From the NCBI GenBank assembly GCA_964471795.1, contig CAYYHM010000008.1:1-58401 (forward strand): 58,401 nucleotides of DNA. The letters run 5' to 3'. The notes under the pieces are model-generated. The model saw only the letters and a program-made list of their open reading frames with translations, ran no database searches and was not told the origin of the DNA. This stretch comes from an uncultured Chitinophagales bacterium. GTDB taxonomy: Bacteria; Bacteroidota; Bacteroidia; Chitinophagales; S012-47. The position numbers and the translations under genes are program-made. Below, one piece after another: positions 16,933 to 26,571 of this stretch (positions are counted from its first letter, which is position 1; each line of letters begins with the position of its first letter).

Positions 16933-19689
16933 ATGGGCCACTCGGTACATGTACCGGATGATCAATTGTACAAGTGGCTGTTTCGCCATTCCGTTGCCTT
17001 ACAGGACAGCCTGGATTTGTCTGTTCTTGACAGCTTCCCCTCTCCTATCCCTCCCCTGCGATTAATCTGCAACACGGATGACGGCATGTATTCAGGCGCA
17101 AGTGGCAGTATCGGGCCTCTGCTGCCCGACCGTCCTTATGATGACGGAGAGCCGCTGTCTACCGACTTCATCGCCCTGCTGCGGAATGCCGGCTGGAAAC
17201 TGCCACAGAACTGTACTGCCTATCACTTCTTCCTGTCACAGGACGCCTGCTGGGTGATTCCGGCCGAACTCACTTCGGCACAAATCGCCGATATTCAGGA
17301 CTGGCTCAACCACCAGCTGAAAGAAAGGGGCTCCATGCAGTTGGAAAACCTGCAATTCCGGTCATTACTGTCGTTGTTGCCAGATGCCATCTTGATTGAA
17401 GACAAATACCGGAAAATCTCATTCGTCAATCAGGCCTTTTGCGACCTGTTCTCCATACCAGCCCCGCCACAGGCTTTGCTTGGCTACGACTGCGTAGATG
17501 CCATCAGGCAGGCAAAGTTGCTGTTTGACAACCCCCGTAAGTTTGAAGAAAGGGTCGATGAGCTGATTGATGCCGGTAAGGCCAGCCTTGGGGAAGTGTT
17601 GTACATGCGCAATGGCAACATCCTGAGTCGCGACTTTCAACCCATTACCGATGAGGGCAGGTTTGCCGGACAGCTGTGGGTATACCGCAACATCACCACC
17701 GATCTGGAGAAGGAATACAACCTGCAATTTACCTACAAACAATACCAGGAACTGCTGGACAACCTCAACGTAGGCATCCTGGAAGTAGATGCAGAGGGTA
17801 TTGTGGTGAATGCCTATGACAAGTTTTGTCAACTGGTTGGATACTCCCGGGAGGAGCTGATGGGCAAGGATCCTGTTCAACTATTGATGGGCTCGCAGGA
17901 ACAGGAGGGGGCTGAGCGGGTGAACAATGAAACTGCCCGACGAGCTGATGGCGTATCCTCAGCCTATGAGATACCCCTGATCCGAAAAGATGGCACCAAG
18001 ATGTGGTTCCTCATCAGTGGAACACCCATCTACAATCAGGCTGGCGAATATATGGGATCCATTGGCCTGCACATGGATATCACCGACCGGAAACTCAAGG
18101 AACAAGAATTGCAGGCTGCCAAGGTACAGGCCGAAACCGCCAACATAGTAAAAGAACAGTTCATGGCGAATCTGAGCCATGAGATGCTCACACCCATCAA
18201 CGGCATCCTGGGTTTTACCAATCTCATGATTGAGAGCGACAGCCTGAGTGAGAAGCAACAGCAGTTCCTGGAAAACATCCAGACTGCAGGCAACAACCTG
18301 CTGGTTCTGATTGAGGATCTGCTGGATTTCAGCCAACTGGAAGATGCCAGCCTCAAGCTCAGCAACCGAGTGTTTGAGCTGCCCAAGATGGTTCGCAATG
18401 CGTGCGACACCTTTCAGCCTCAGCTGAAGGAAAACAGGAACAGCCTGCACATCACGATCGATCCGGCCCTGCCGAAGAAGGTAAAGGGTGATCCGTCGCG
18501 CATTGCCCAAATCATCAAGCACCTGACTTCTAATGCCATCAAATTCACCCGCCATGGCCGGGTAGACGTGCGGATTACCGGGCGGGGTCAAAAAGACGAT
18601 ACGCTATATGTGGTGCTCGAAATACAAGATACAGGTGTGGGCATCCCAAGAGATGAGCACAACAAAATCTTCAATCGTTTCTACAAGCTGGAGCGCTTTG
18701 ACGACAAGGTTACCAGCGGCACGGGCATAGGCTTGTCGATCGTACAGCGCATCGTAAACCAGCTGGGTGGGTCCATAGAACTGGAAAGTGAGGTAGGGAA
18801 AGGCACAATAATCCGGGTGTACCTTACCCTGTCCATGGCCGATGAGGTAAAGGTCGGGCGCATGCTGGAGCAGTTTGGCAGTAGGTTACAGAGATTGCGG
18901 GTGTTGGTGGCAGAAGACAATCCCATCAATCAGATGTTGGTGCGGGAAAACATGAAGCAATGGCATATCCCCTATGAAATAGTCGACAACGGCATGGACC
19001 TCATTGAGGCACACCTGGAAAATCCGGCCGATGTGGTGCTGATGGATGTGCTGATGCCTCGAATGGATGGCTTAACCGCTACCCGACATATCCGCAACGA
19101 GCTGGCTGAGCCCTTCAATAAGGTGCCCATCATTGCCCTTACGGCCTATGCCATGAACGAAGATGAGGAAAGATGCCGTGCCGCCGGCATGAACGATTAC
19201 ATAGCCAAACCTTTCAGCCCGGCGCAGTTGCTGCAGAAAATCATCCACTACACCCTGAGGGAACAGGTGCGGGCAGGACGCATACAGCAGGATATAGAAG
19301 AAATCCCTGCACCGGGAGCAGCGAAATTCGACAAGGACTACCTGAGCAACGTGGACCTGACCAACCTGGAAGAGTTTGTCCGTGGCAACGAAAAGCTGAA
19401 ACGAGCCCTGATACAAACCATGGTAGATCAGGCGCCACAATACAAGCAGGAGTTCAGGGAATACCTGGAGCATGAACAATGGGACGACCTGTTCAAGACG
19501 GTGCACAAACTGAAGCCCAACGTAACCTTGATGGGATTTACCAACATTACCGGCTTGCTACACGAGCTGAATGAAGACCTGCGGGTACAGCGCAATCTGG
19601 GAACAGTGCCTGAGCGGATGACACAGCTGATGTCCGGGCTGGATAAAGCCGTAGATGAACTGAAGGCCTACCTGTCGCTGGCGCAATAG
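16933..19689 (+). CDS. Soluble hybrid sensor histidine kinase (unknown N-domain, 2 PAS, HisKA, HATPase_c, REC, HPt)
   Basis: H-box FMANLSHEMLTPINGILGF. N/G boxes (LTSNAIKFT, DTGVGI, GTGIGLSIV). Receiver RVLVAEDNPINQ...VLMDVLMPRMDG...K. C-terminal HKLKPN HPt motif. No predicted TM segments. Starts 2 nt after the LytTR gene. Confidence 0.9.
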   Translation: MGHSVHVPDDQLYKWLFRHSVALQDSLDLSVLDSFPSPIPPLRLICNTDDGMYSGASGSIGPLLPDRPYDDGEPLSTDFIALLRNAGWKLPQNCTAYHFFLSQDACWVIPAELTSAQIADIQDWLNHQLKERGSMQLENLQFRSLLSLLPDAILIEDKYRKISFVNQAFCDLFSIPAPPQALLGYDCVDAIRQAKLLFDNPRKFEERVDELIDAGKASLGEVLYMRNGNILSRDFQPITDEGRFAGQLWVYRNITTDLEKEYNLQFTYKQYQELLDNLNVGILEVDAEGIVVNAYDKFCQLVGYSREELMGKDPVQLLMGSQEQEGAERVNNETARRADGVSSAYEIPLIRKDGTKMWFLISGTPIYNQAGEYMGSIGLHMDITDRKLKEQELQAAKVQAETANIVKEQFMANLSHEMLTPINGILGFTNLMIESDSLSEKQQQFLENIQTAGNNLLVLIEDLLDFSQLEDASLKLSNRVFELPKMVRNACDTFQPQLKENRNSLHITIDPALPKKVKGDPSRIAQIIKHLTSNAIKFTRHGRVDVRITGRGQKDDTLYVVLEIQDTGVGIPRDEHNKIFNRFYKLERFDDKVTSGTGIGLSIVQRIVNQLGGSIELESEVGKGTIIRVYLTLSMADEVKVGRMLEQFGSRLQRLRVLVAEDNPINQMLVRENMKQWHIPYEIVDNGMDLIEAHLENPADVVLMDVLMPRMDGLTATRHIRNELAEPFNKVPIIALTAYAMNEDEERCRAAGMNDYIAKPFSPAQLLQKIIHYTLREQVRAGRIQQDIEEIPAPGAAKFDKDYLSNVDLTNLEEFVRGNEKLKRALIQTMVDQAPQYKQEFREYLEHEQWDDLFKTVHKLKPNVTLMGFTNITGLLHELNEDLRVQRNLGTVPERMTQLMSGLDKAVDELKAYLSLAQ

Positions 19690-19691
19690 CC

Positions 19692-20471
19692 TTACCGGCC
19701 TTTGAATACCGGCTTCCGCTTTTCGTTGAAGGCGGCTACTCCTTCCTTGTAGTCTTCACTGCTGCCGGCAATTTCCTGACAGTAAGCCTCATAGTCCAGC
19801 ATCGTGTCCAGGTTGGAATGGAACGACTTGTTCAGCATCTGCTTCATCAATCCGATAGCCTTCGTGGGAGCCTGTGCGTAATAGTTGGCATAGGCCTTCA
19901 CGGCATCATCCAACTCCTCTGCCGGCACCACCTTGTTTACCATGCCCAGCTGCAATGCCTCCGAGGCGGACACCTTTGTGCCCATGGTAGACAGCTCAAA
20001 GGCTTTGGCACTGCCCACCAACCGCGGCAGGAAGTAAGAAGAACCACTGTCCAGCACCAGCCCTACCTGTACAAATACCTCTATGAGGCTGGCATTCTCT
20101 GCCGCCACTACCAGGTCTGACGCCAATGCCAATGAACAGCCGGCACCGGCAGCCACGCCATTCAACCGGCAGATGATGGGCTTGGGAAGTGCCCGCATGG
20201 CGCGGATGATGGGGTTGTACCGCTTGTGCAACGACTCGGCCAGGTTGCGGTCTTTGGAGTCCTTGATGGCCTTCAGATCCTGACCACTGCAAAATGCCCG
20301 CCCGGAGCCGGTCAATATCACCACGCGTACCTGCTCATCCCTGGATAACTGCTTCCAGGCGTCCTGTAACTCATAGCTGATCTCGTCATTGATGGCGTTG
20401 AATACCTCGGGGCGGTTCAGGGTAAGGGTGGCGATGTTTTCGCGGATATCGAGCAATAAATGTTGATACAT
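19692..20471 (-). CDS. Enoyl-CoA hydratase/isomerase (crotonase) family protein
   Basis: 259 aa. LTLNRPEVFNA, GSGRAFCSGQDL and NGVAAGAGCSLALASD crotonase motifs. Confidence 0.85.
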   Translation of the reverse strand: MYQHLLLDIRENIATLTLNRPEVFNAINDEISYELQDAWKQLSRDEQVRVVILTGSGRAFCSGQDLKAIKDSKDRNLAESLHKRYNPIIRAMRALPKPIICRLNGVAAGAGCSLALASDLVVAAENASLIEVFVQVGLVLDSGSSYFLPRLVGSAKAFELSTMGTKVSASEALQLGMVNKVVPAEELDDAVKAYANYYAQAPTKAIGLMKQMLNKSFHSNLDTMLDYEAYCQEIAGSSEDYKEGVAAFNEKRKPVFKGR

Positions 20472-20482
20472 GTTACGTGATT

Positions 20483-21097
20483 TCAGACAACAATATACAA
20501 AGCGATCATCTGTCCGGCCATACCGATCAGAAAACCTATATACACCTCATCACTGGTATGGGCCCCCAAATACAATCTGGAAGATCCGGTAATACCGCCT
20601 GCCAACACCGCCATCAGGAAAAACGGCAACACATCGAGTTCAGCAACCGGAACCAAGGCAAGCAGATAGGCAAAAGCCACACCCATGCCCACCATGTGCA
20701 GGCTAATCTTGAAGAACAACACATTCACCAGGAACGACAAGATCAGGGCAGCCAGCATGCCGGCAATGACGGCAGTAAACAGGGAGGGCACCCCTTGTTT
20801 CACAAATACTGTTACCGACCAGATGTAAAAGAACAGCCCCGCAATAAATGGAGCGATGCGCTCCTGCCGCCCCTCCATGCGGAAAGACTGGATAAACCCC
20901 AGTCCTTTCATAATCAGGATGGCCACCAAAGGCAACACTACCATGTTGACCAGCACCGTAATCAGCAATATGCCGGGATCAGAATCGATGAATCGAAACG
21001 TGCCCGGGTTGGCACGCATCAGGATAACCAGCAAGTACACCGGCACCAACAGCGGGTGTAGTACAATTGAAAACAAATGAGCCAACAAGCGCATCAT
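20483..21097 (-). CDS. Integral membrane protein, PAP2-phosphatase-like
   Basis: Six hydrophobic segments. SSRLYLGAHTSDE resembles the PAP2 C3 motif (SR-x5-H-x3-D). 4-nt overlap with the rpoN stop. The antisense ORF 20477-21061 is His/Gln-rich junk. Confidence 0.5.
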   Translation of the reverse strand: MMRLLAHLFSIVLHPLLVPVYLLVILMRANPGTFRFIDSDPGILLITVLVNMVVLPLVAILIMKGLGFIQSFRMEGRQERIAPFIAGLFFYIWSVTVFVKQGVPSLFTAVIAGMLAALILSFLVNVLFFKISLHMVGMGVAFAYLLALVPVAELDVLPFFLMAVLAGGITGSSRLYLGAHTSDEVYIGFLIGMAGQMIALYIVV

Positions 21098-22551
21098 GAT
21101 AGTTCTTTTCTAAGTCGGGCGACAGGCAGGTTGAGCTGCTCTCTGTACTTGGCCACTGTCCGCCTCGCTATGTTGTACCCCTTTTCCTGCAAGTACTCCA
21201 TCAACTGCTGATCACTCAACGGCTTTCGCTTGTCCTCCTGTCCGATGAGTGTCTGTAGAATGTTCTTCACCTCACGGGTACTTACCTCCTCCCCACTATC
21301 GGTGGTGAGCGACTCGGAGAAGAAGTATTTCAGCGGAAAGGTGCCGAATTCTGTCTGTACGTACTTGCTGTTGGCCACCCTCGAGACCGTTGAGATATCC
21401 ATGTTGATCTGCTCTGCAATGTCTTTCAATATCATGGGGCGCATGCGGGTTTCGTCGCCGGTAAGGAAGAAGGCCTGCTGATAGTCCATGATGGCGTGCA
21501 TGGTGCTGTACAGCGTAAGTTGCCGCTGCCGGATGGCATCGATGAACCACTTGGCTGCGTCTATCTTTTGTTTGATGAACAATACCGCCTGCTTTTGGTC
21601 GCTGGTATGTTGCTTGGAGGCCTGGTATTCCTTTAGCATGTCGCGGTAGTCCTGGCTGATGCGCAAATCCGGCGAGTTGCCCTTGGTAAGGCGCAGTTCC
21701 AGCTCTCCATCCTTGCTGTCAACGATAAAGTCCGGTACAATTACCTGATCCGACTTTTCGCCTCCCGTGAAGCTGCCGCCCGGCTTCGGGTTCAAACGCA
21801 ACACCTCGTCCAGTGCATATTTCAGCTCATCTTCTTCTATCCCCAGGCTGCGGATGATCTTCTCGTAGTGCTTCTTGGAGAAAGCTTCAAACTGCTCTTC
21901 CAGCATTTTGATGGCCAGGCGTATGGTGGGGTTGCTCTCCTTGCGACGCAGCTGCAGCAGCAGGCACTCCTGCAGGTTTCGGGCTCCTACACCCGGAGGA
22001 TCCAGCGACTGCACTACCTGCAGCGATGCTTCCAGATCAGCAGGATCGGCTATGATGTTCTGGGTAAATGCCAAATCGTCGGCAATGGATTCCAAATCCC
22101 TGCGCAGCCAGCCGTCTTCATCCAGGCTGCCGATGATGTGCTCGGCAATCAGGTATTGCTGTGCATCAAGTGGCACCAGCCCCAGCTGCTTCAGCAGGTT
22201 TTCATGGAAGGTTTCCACCACACGCACCGGAATCACCCGCTCCTCATCAGGATCGGGGTAGTTGTCATCACGGGTCTTGTAGTCAGCCACATCGTCATCT
22301 GTGAGGTACTCGGTGAGGTCGAACTCTTCCTCCCGCTCATCCGGCGACTCTGCGTCCACCTCCTCCTGATCGGCACGGTAGTCATCCTCTTCCCGCTGCG
22401 TAGCTTCAATCTCCAACGCCGGATTGATCTCTATTTCTTCCTTGATGCGCTGCTCCAGGTTGGCCGTAGGTATCTGCAACAGCTTCATCAGCTGAATCTG
22501 CTGTGGCGACAGCTTTTGCTGCAGTTTTTGGGCTAACCTTTGATGAAGCAT
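21094..22551 (-). CDS. rpoN: RNA polymerase sigma-54 factor
   Basis: N-terminal Gln/Leu-rich region I, acidic region II, HTH and the C-terminal RpoN box ARRTVAKYREQL. Confidence 0.9.
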   Translation of the reverse strand: MLHQRLAQKLQQKLSPQQIQLMKLLQIPTANLEQRIKEEIEINPALEIEATQREEDDYRADQEEVDAESPDEREEEFDLTEYLTDDDVADYKTRDDNYPDPDEERVIPVRVVETFHENLLKQLGLVPLDAQQYLIAEHIIGSLDEDGWLRRDLESIADDLAFTQNIIADPADLEASLQVVQSLDPPGVGARNLQECLLLQLRRKESNPTIRLAIKMLEEQFEAFSKKHYEKIIRSLGIEEDELKYALDEVLRLNPKPGGSFTGGEKSDQVIVPDFIVDSKDGELELRLTKGNSPDLRISQDYRDMLKEYQASKQHTSDQKQAVLFIKQKIDAAKWFIDAIRQRQLTLYSTMHAIMDYQQAFFLTGDETRMRPMILKDIAEQINMDISTVSRVANSKYVQTEFGTFPLKYFFSESLTTDSGEEVSTREVKNILQTLIGQEDKRKPLSDQQLMEYLQEKGYNIARRTVAKYREQLNLPVARLRKELS

Positions 22552-22574
22552 GCTTCTGGAATTATCAATGTGAT

Positions 22575-22582
22575 CAAAGTTA
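22575..22582 (-). promoter_or_regulatory. -7 box TAACTTTG upstream of rpoN
   Basis: Exact TAnnTTTG on the minus strand, 24 nt upstream of ATG 22551. Confidence 0.4.
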
Positions 22583-22661
22583 CTTCATTCATCTCCAAAA
22601 ATGAGGCCAAACCCACCCGCTACAGTAGTTTCCCTCACTATACAAAGCCATTCGGATACCG

Positions 22662-22669
22662 TAATTTTG
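22662..22669 (+). promoter_or_regulatory. -7 box TAATTTTG upstream of asnS
   Basis: Exact TAnnTTTG, 30 nt upstream of ATG 22699. Confidence 0.4.
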
Positions 22670-22698
22670 CCACTTCTTATCAACAAAGGCATCACCAC

Positions 22699-24213
22699 AT
22701 GCAGTACATCAGCGACTTATCTGCTTATACAGGCCAACAGGTAACCCTCAAAGGATGGGTAGCCAACAAGCGTACCGGGAAAGGGCTGGCCTTTTTGATC
22801 CTTCGTGATGGTACCGGTTTCTGCCAGACGGTAGTGGCAGAAGATCAGGTGTCTGAGGCGGCTTTTGACGTAGCCAAGCGGGTTACCATGGAAAGCGCCG
22901 TTGAGCTCACCGGTACTGTGGTGGCCGATGATCGCCAGATCGGTGGCTACGAAGTGCAGGTGACCGACATGAAACTGATTTCGCTGGCCGAGGAATATCC
23001 CATCGCTAAAAAGGAGCATGGTGTCGATTTTCTGATGGATCTGCGTCACCTGTGGCTGCGCAGCCGTCGTCAGTGGGCCATCATGCGCATTCGCAACCGC
23101 ATCATCCAGGCTATCCATCAGTTCTTTCAGCAGGAAGGATTTGTGCAGATGGATGCACCCATCTTTACCGGCAACGCCTGCGAAGGCACCAGCACCTTGT
23201 TCGAAACCGACTACTACGGTGTGCCCGCCTACCTGAGCCAGTCCGGACAGCTGTACGGCGAGGCCATGGCCATGGCTATGGGCAAGATATACACCTTCGG
23301 CCCCACCTTCCGTGCCGAAAAGTCCAAGACCCGCCGCCACCTCAGCGAGTTCTGGATGATAGAGCCCGAAATGGCGTTCTACGACCTGGACATGAACATG
23401 GACCTCATCGAGGCATTCCTCAAATATGTAATCAACGATGTGGTATCCCACTGCTCCTTTGAGCTGGAACAGATTGAGCGCGATGTAGAAGCACTGAAGA
23501 AGGTGAATCAGTCCTTCCCCCGCATCACCTACACACAGGCGGTAAAGTTGCTGAAAGGGCAGGAAGACTGGCAGGGACGCAACGCCATCAAGCTGCTGGA
23601 AGAAGACCTGGCGGCACTGCAGAGCGATCTGGCGGCCAAAACAGCAAAGATTGACGAATATGAGCAGCTGATTCAGCAGGGTGGCAAGAAAGGGGAACTG
23701 AACTACTACCGTACCCAGGCCGACAAGCTGAAGAACGAGGTGCGTGATATCGAAGAAAAGGCAGGTAACATCCCCCAATGGATCGAGTCTGCCCGCAACT
23801 TCCAGGAAGGCAACGACTTCGGCGGCTCCGATGAAACCGTGCTGACACGCTTGTTCGACTGCCCCGTAATGGTGTACAACTGGCCAAAAGATGTAAAGGC
23901 CTTCTACATGAAGCGGGTGGAGGATGACGATAACTTTGTAAAAGGTGTGGACGTGCTGGCACCGGAAGGGTTCGGAGAAATAGTGGGCGGTGCAGAACGC
24001 GAGAACAACAAGGACATCCTCATCGAACGGATACACCACGAGCAACTGCCCATGGAGGCTTTTGAGTGGTACGTGGACCTGCGCCGGTTCGGCTCTGTGC
24101 CACATGCCGGCTTCGGTCTCGGCCTGGAGCGGTTGGTTGCCTGGATCTGCAATCTACACCACGTGCGGGAAACCATCCCGTTTGCCCGCTTCTATGGCCG
24201 CATTACGCCATAG
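22699..24213 (+). CDS. asnS: Asparagine--tRNA ligase (with an approximately 65-80 aa coiled-coil insertion)
   Basis: OB-fold N-terminus (VTLKGWVANKR..GKGLAFLILRDG) and class II motifs (FRAE...R, GFGLGLERL). The ORF track starts at 22540, but the ATG at 22699 (MQYISDL) follows a TAATTTTG -7 box by 30 nt. Confidence 0.9.
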   Translation: MQYISDLSAYTGQQVTLKGWVANKRTGKGLAFLILRDGTGFCQTVVAEDQVSEAAFDVAKRVTMESAVELTGTVVADDRQIGGYEVQVTDMKLISLAEEYPIAKKEHGVDFLMDLRHLWLRSRRQWAIMRIRNRIIQAIHQFFQQEGFVQMDAPIFTGNACEGTSTLFETDYYGVPAYLSQSGQLYGEAMAMAMGKIYTFGPTFRAEKSKTRRHLSEFWMIEPEMAFYDLDMNMDLIEAFLKYVINDVVSHCSFELEQIERDVEALKKVNQSFPRITYTQAVKLLKGQEDWQGRNAIKLLEEDLAALQSDLAAKTAKIDEYEQLIQQGGKKGELNYYRTQADKLKNEVRDIEEKAGNIPQWIESARNFQEGNDFGGSDETVLTRLFDCPVMVYNWPKDVKAFYMKRVEDDDNFVKGVDVLAPEGFGEIVGGAERENNKDILIERIHHEQLPMEAFEWYVDLRRFGSVPHAGFGLGLERLVAWICNLHHVRETIPFARFYGRITP

Positions 24214-24421
24214 TCGGAGAAAAGAAGTGAGGTACCGCATCTGACAGCAATTCCCAAACAGCTTGGGTATTCATCTGTCATAAAGCGGCTGCCGTGCCTT
24301 ATTGATCTTGCAATACCTGCGTCGATTACTGCATTTTTCAGCTGAAATGCGTCCTGTGTACCCTCATGGCACAGCCCTTTCACTAAAATGATGCAATTTT
24401 ATACCTATAACCATCTTCGTT

Positions 24422-25378
24422 ATGTCTTCTATTACCATCCCGGCTTTGAGCCTGTCAGACTTCCTGAGTGGCGATCCTGAAAAGAAACGACAATTCGTAG
24501 CTGCTGTTGGGAAAGCCTATGAAGAAGTCGGCTTCATAGCTGTCAACCGGCACGGCATACCCGACGCACTCGTATCGAAGTTCTACAGCCAGGTAGAGGC
24601 GTTCTTTGCCTTGCCGGTAGCCCAAAAGCTGGCCTATGAAGTGCCAGAGCTCAACGGGCAGCGTGGCTACACGTCCTTTGGCAGGGAGCATGCCAAAGGC
24701 AGCGATGCCCCCGACTTGAAAGAGTTCTGGCAGATCGGCCAAACCGTAGAAGACGGCGCTCAGCTCTCCGAGTCGTACCCCGCCAACTTGTCGGTTGCGG
24801 AGCTACCCGAATTCATGGACACCGGTCGTCAGCTGTACCAGGCATTCGAGGAGGCGGGGAAGAGCCTGCTGCAGGCCATAGCCCTGTATCTCGGGCTGGA
24901 CGAGCACTACTTTGACGAATGGGTCCACAATGGCAACTCCATATTGCGCGCCATCCACTACCCACCGATTACACAAGAGCCGAAGAATGCCATCCGTGCC
25001 GAGCAACATGAAGACATCAACCTGATCACCTTGCTGGTGGGTGCCAGCGCCGACGGGCTGGAACTGCTGGACAAGCAGGGCAACTGGCTGCCGGTGGTGG
25101 CGCCTGAAGGCTACATCATCGTAAACGTTGGCGATATGCTGCAGCGCCTCACCAACAACAAGCTGCGCAGCACGACCCACCGCGTGGTAAACCCGCCCAA
25201 AGAACTGTGGGGCACACACCGGTATTCTATCCCGTTCTTCCTTCATCCCCGCTCCGAAATGCCGCTCAACTGCCTCGATAGCTGTGTTGACCAGGCCAAT
25301 CCACTGGCCTACACAGACATCACTGCCGGCGACTATCTGGACGAGCGGCTGATTGAGATCGGCCTGAAAAAGAAATAG
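24422..25378 (+). CDS. 2-oxoglutarate/Fe(II)-dependent oxygenase (isopenicillin-N-synthase-like family)
   Basis: LRAIHYPP, HEDINLITLL (H-x-D), STTHRV (distal His and Arg) motifs. Confidence 0.8.
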   Translation: MSSITIPALSLSDFLSGDPEKKRQFVAAVGKAYEEVGFIAVNRHGIPDALVSKFYSQVEAFFALPVAQKLAYEVPELNGQRGYTSFGREHAKGSDAPDLKEFWQIGQTVEDGAQLSESYPANLSVAELPEFMDTGRQLYQAFEEAGKSLLQAIALYLGLDEHYFDEWVHNGNSILRAIHYPPITQEPKNAIRAEQHEDINLITLLVGASADGLELLDKQGNWLPVVAPEGYIIVNVGDMLQRLTNNKLRSTTHRVVNPPKELWGTHRYSIPFFLHPRSEMPLNCLDSCVDQANPLAYTDITAGDYLDERLIEIGLKKK

Positions 25379-25383
25379 CAAGG

Positions 25384-26571
25384 ATGGTTGCCGGGTCATT
25401 CCTGCGCGATGTTGCTTCCCTGGCAGTTACAGCATTCGGAGGGCCGAACGTACACATCACGCTGATGCTGGAACAGCTGGTTCGGAAGCGCAAATATGTT
25501 ACTGAAGAAGAGCTGATTGAGCTGATGGGGCTATGTCAGCTACTACCCGGACCTACTTCTACCCAAACCATTACCGCTGTTGGCTACAAGCTCGGCGGTG
25601 CCAGGCTGGCCTTCCTCACCCTGCTGATCTGGATATCGCCAGCTGTACTCCTGATGACACTGCTGGCATTGCTGTGGCATAGTCTGAGTGGCTATAGCTG
25701 GTGGTCACCCCTCATACAGTTCATTCCGGCATTGGCTGTTGGTTTCATTACACATGCCGCCTGGACGATTGGCCGCAAGGTGGCCACAACACGACTTACC
25801 TTTTTCATCCTGCTGGCATCGGCCACACTCGCCGTAGTGGTGAGTGCGCCCTGGATCTTTCCGGTAGTCATACTGGCAGGCGGACTGGCTACCATGTGGT
25901 CAACTGCTGACACCTCGTCGCAGCCCACAACTGCCGGATCCATCCGGTGGACATACCTGCTTGCCTATGCCGGCCTCTTTGCCGCCAGCGGATTGGTGGC
26001 CATTGCATTCCACTACCCGCCTGCCATGCTTTTCGAGCAGTTCTACCGCTACGGGAGTCTGGTGTTTGGCGGTGGACAGGTACTGATACCCATGATGTTG
26101 GAACAGTTTACACACCATTCCGGCTGGGTATCTGAGCAGGTTTTCCTGACAGGCTATGGCGTAGTACAGGCCACGCCCGGCCCGGTGTTCAGCTTTTGTG
26201 CCTTCCTCGGCGCCATGGCCATGCAAGAGGATGGGTCGGCAGCCATGCTGGTCGGTAGCCTCATAGGTACAGCAGGCATCTTCCTACCGGGTACGTTGCT
26301 CATCTTCTTCGTATATCCTATGTGGGAATGGCTGAAACAATTTGAGGTGATCAGACGTGCACTCAAGGGCATCAACGCTGCCGCCGGAGGGCTTGTGGCC
26401 GCTGCCGTGCTGATGATGATTGAGGCGAATGGATGGTGGCAAATGTCCACTCATGATCTGGCAGTGCCCGTCATGATCGCGGTTGCCATATTCCTGCTCT
26501 TACGGTTTACACGTATTCCTGCCCCCTTGCTGGTGGTGGCCACGATGGCAGCAGGTCTATTGCTGCAATAG
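25384..26571 (+). CDS. chrA: Chromate transporter (CHR family, two-domain)
   Basis: FGGPNVHI...LPGPTSTQ in the first half and FGGGQVLIPM...ATPGPVFSF in the second half. About 10-12 TM segments. Confidence 0.8.
   Translation: MVAGSFLRDVASLAVTAFGGPNVHITLMLEQLVRKRKYVTEEELIELMGLCQLLPGPTSTQTITAVGYKLGGARLAFLTLLIWISPAVLLMTLLALLWHSLSGYSWWSPLIQFIPALAVGFITHAAWTIGRKVATTRLTFFILLASATLAVVVSAPWIFPVVILAGGLATMWSTADTSSQPTTAGSIRWTYLLAYAGLFAASGLVAIAFHYPPAMLFEQFYRYGSLVFGGGQVLIPMMLEQFTHHSGWVSEQVFLTGYGVVQATPGPVFSFCAFLGAMAMQEDGSAAMLVGSLIGTAGIFLPGTLLIFFVYPMWEWLKQFEVIRRALKGINAAAGGLVAAAVLMMIEANGWWQMSTHDLAVPVMIAVAIFLLLRFTRIPAPLLVVATMAAGLLLQ

Noticed and set aside
20477-21061. 194-aa plus-strand ORF
   Set aside because: Its His/Gln/Arg-rich, non-globular translation is antisense to a convincing multi-TM membrane protein that overlaps the rpoN stop by 4 nt.
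22717-24105. 462-aa minus-strand ORF
   Set aside because: It is antisense to asnS, whose class II synthetase motifs are unambiguous. It has no recognisable motifs.
24214-24421. 208-nt spacer after asnS with a GCATTT-n8-AAATGC hairpin, and the 63-aa minus-strand ORF 24192-24383
   Set aside because: The hairpin is short and AT-rich with no T-tract. The small ORF overlaps the asnS end and has no protein-like features. There is no evidence for a regulatory RNA.
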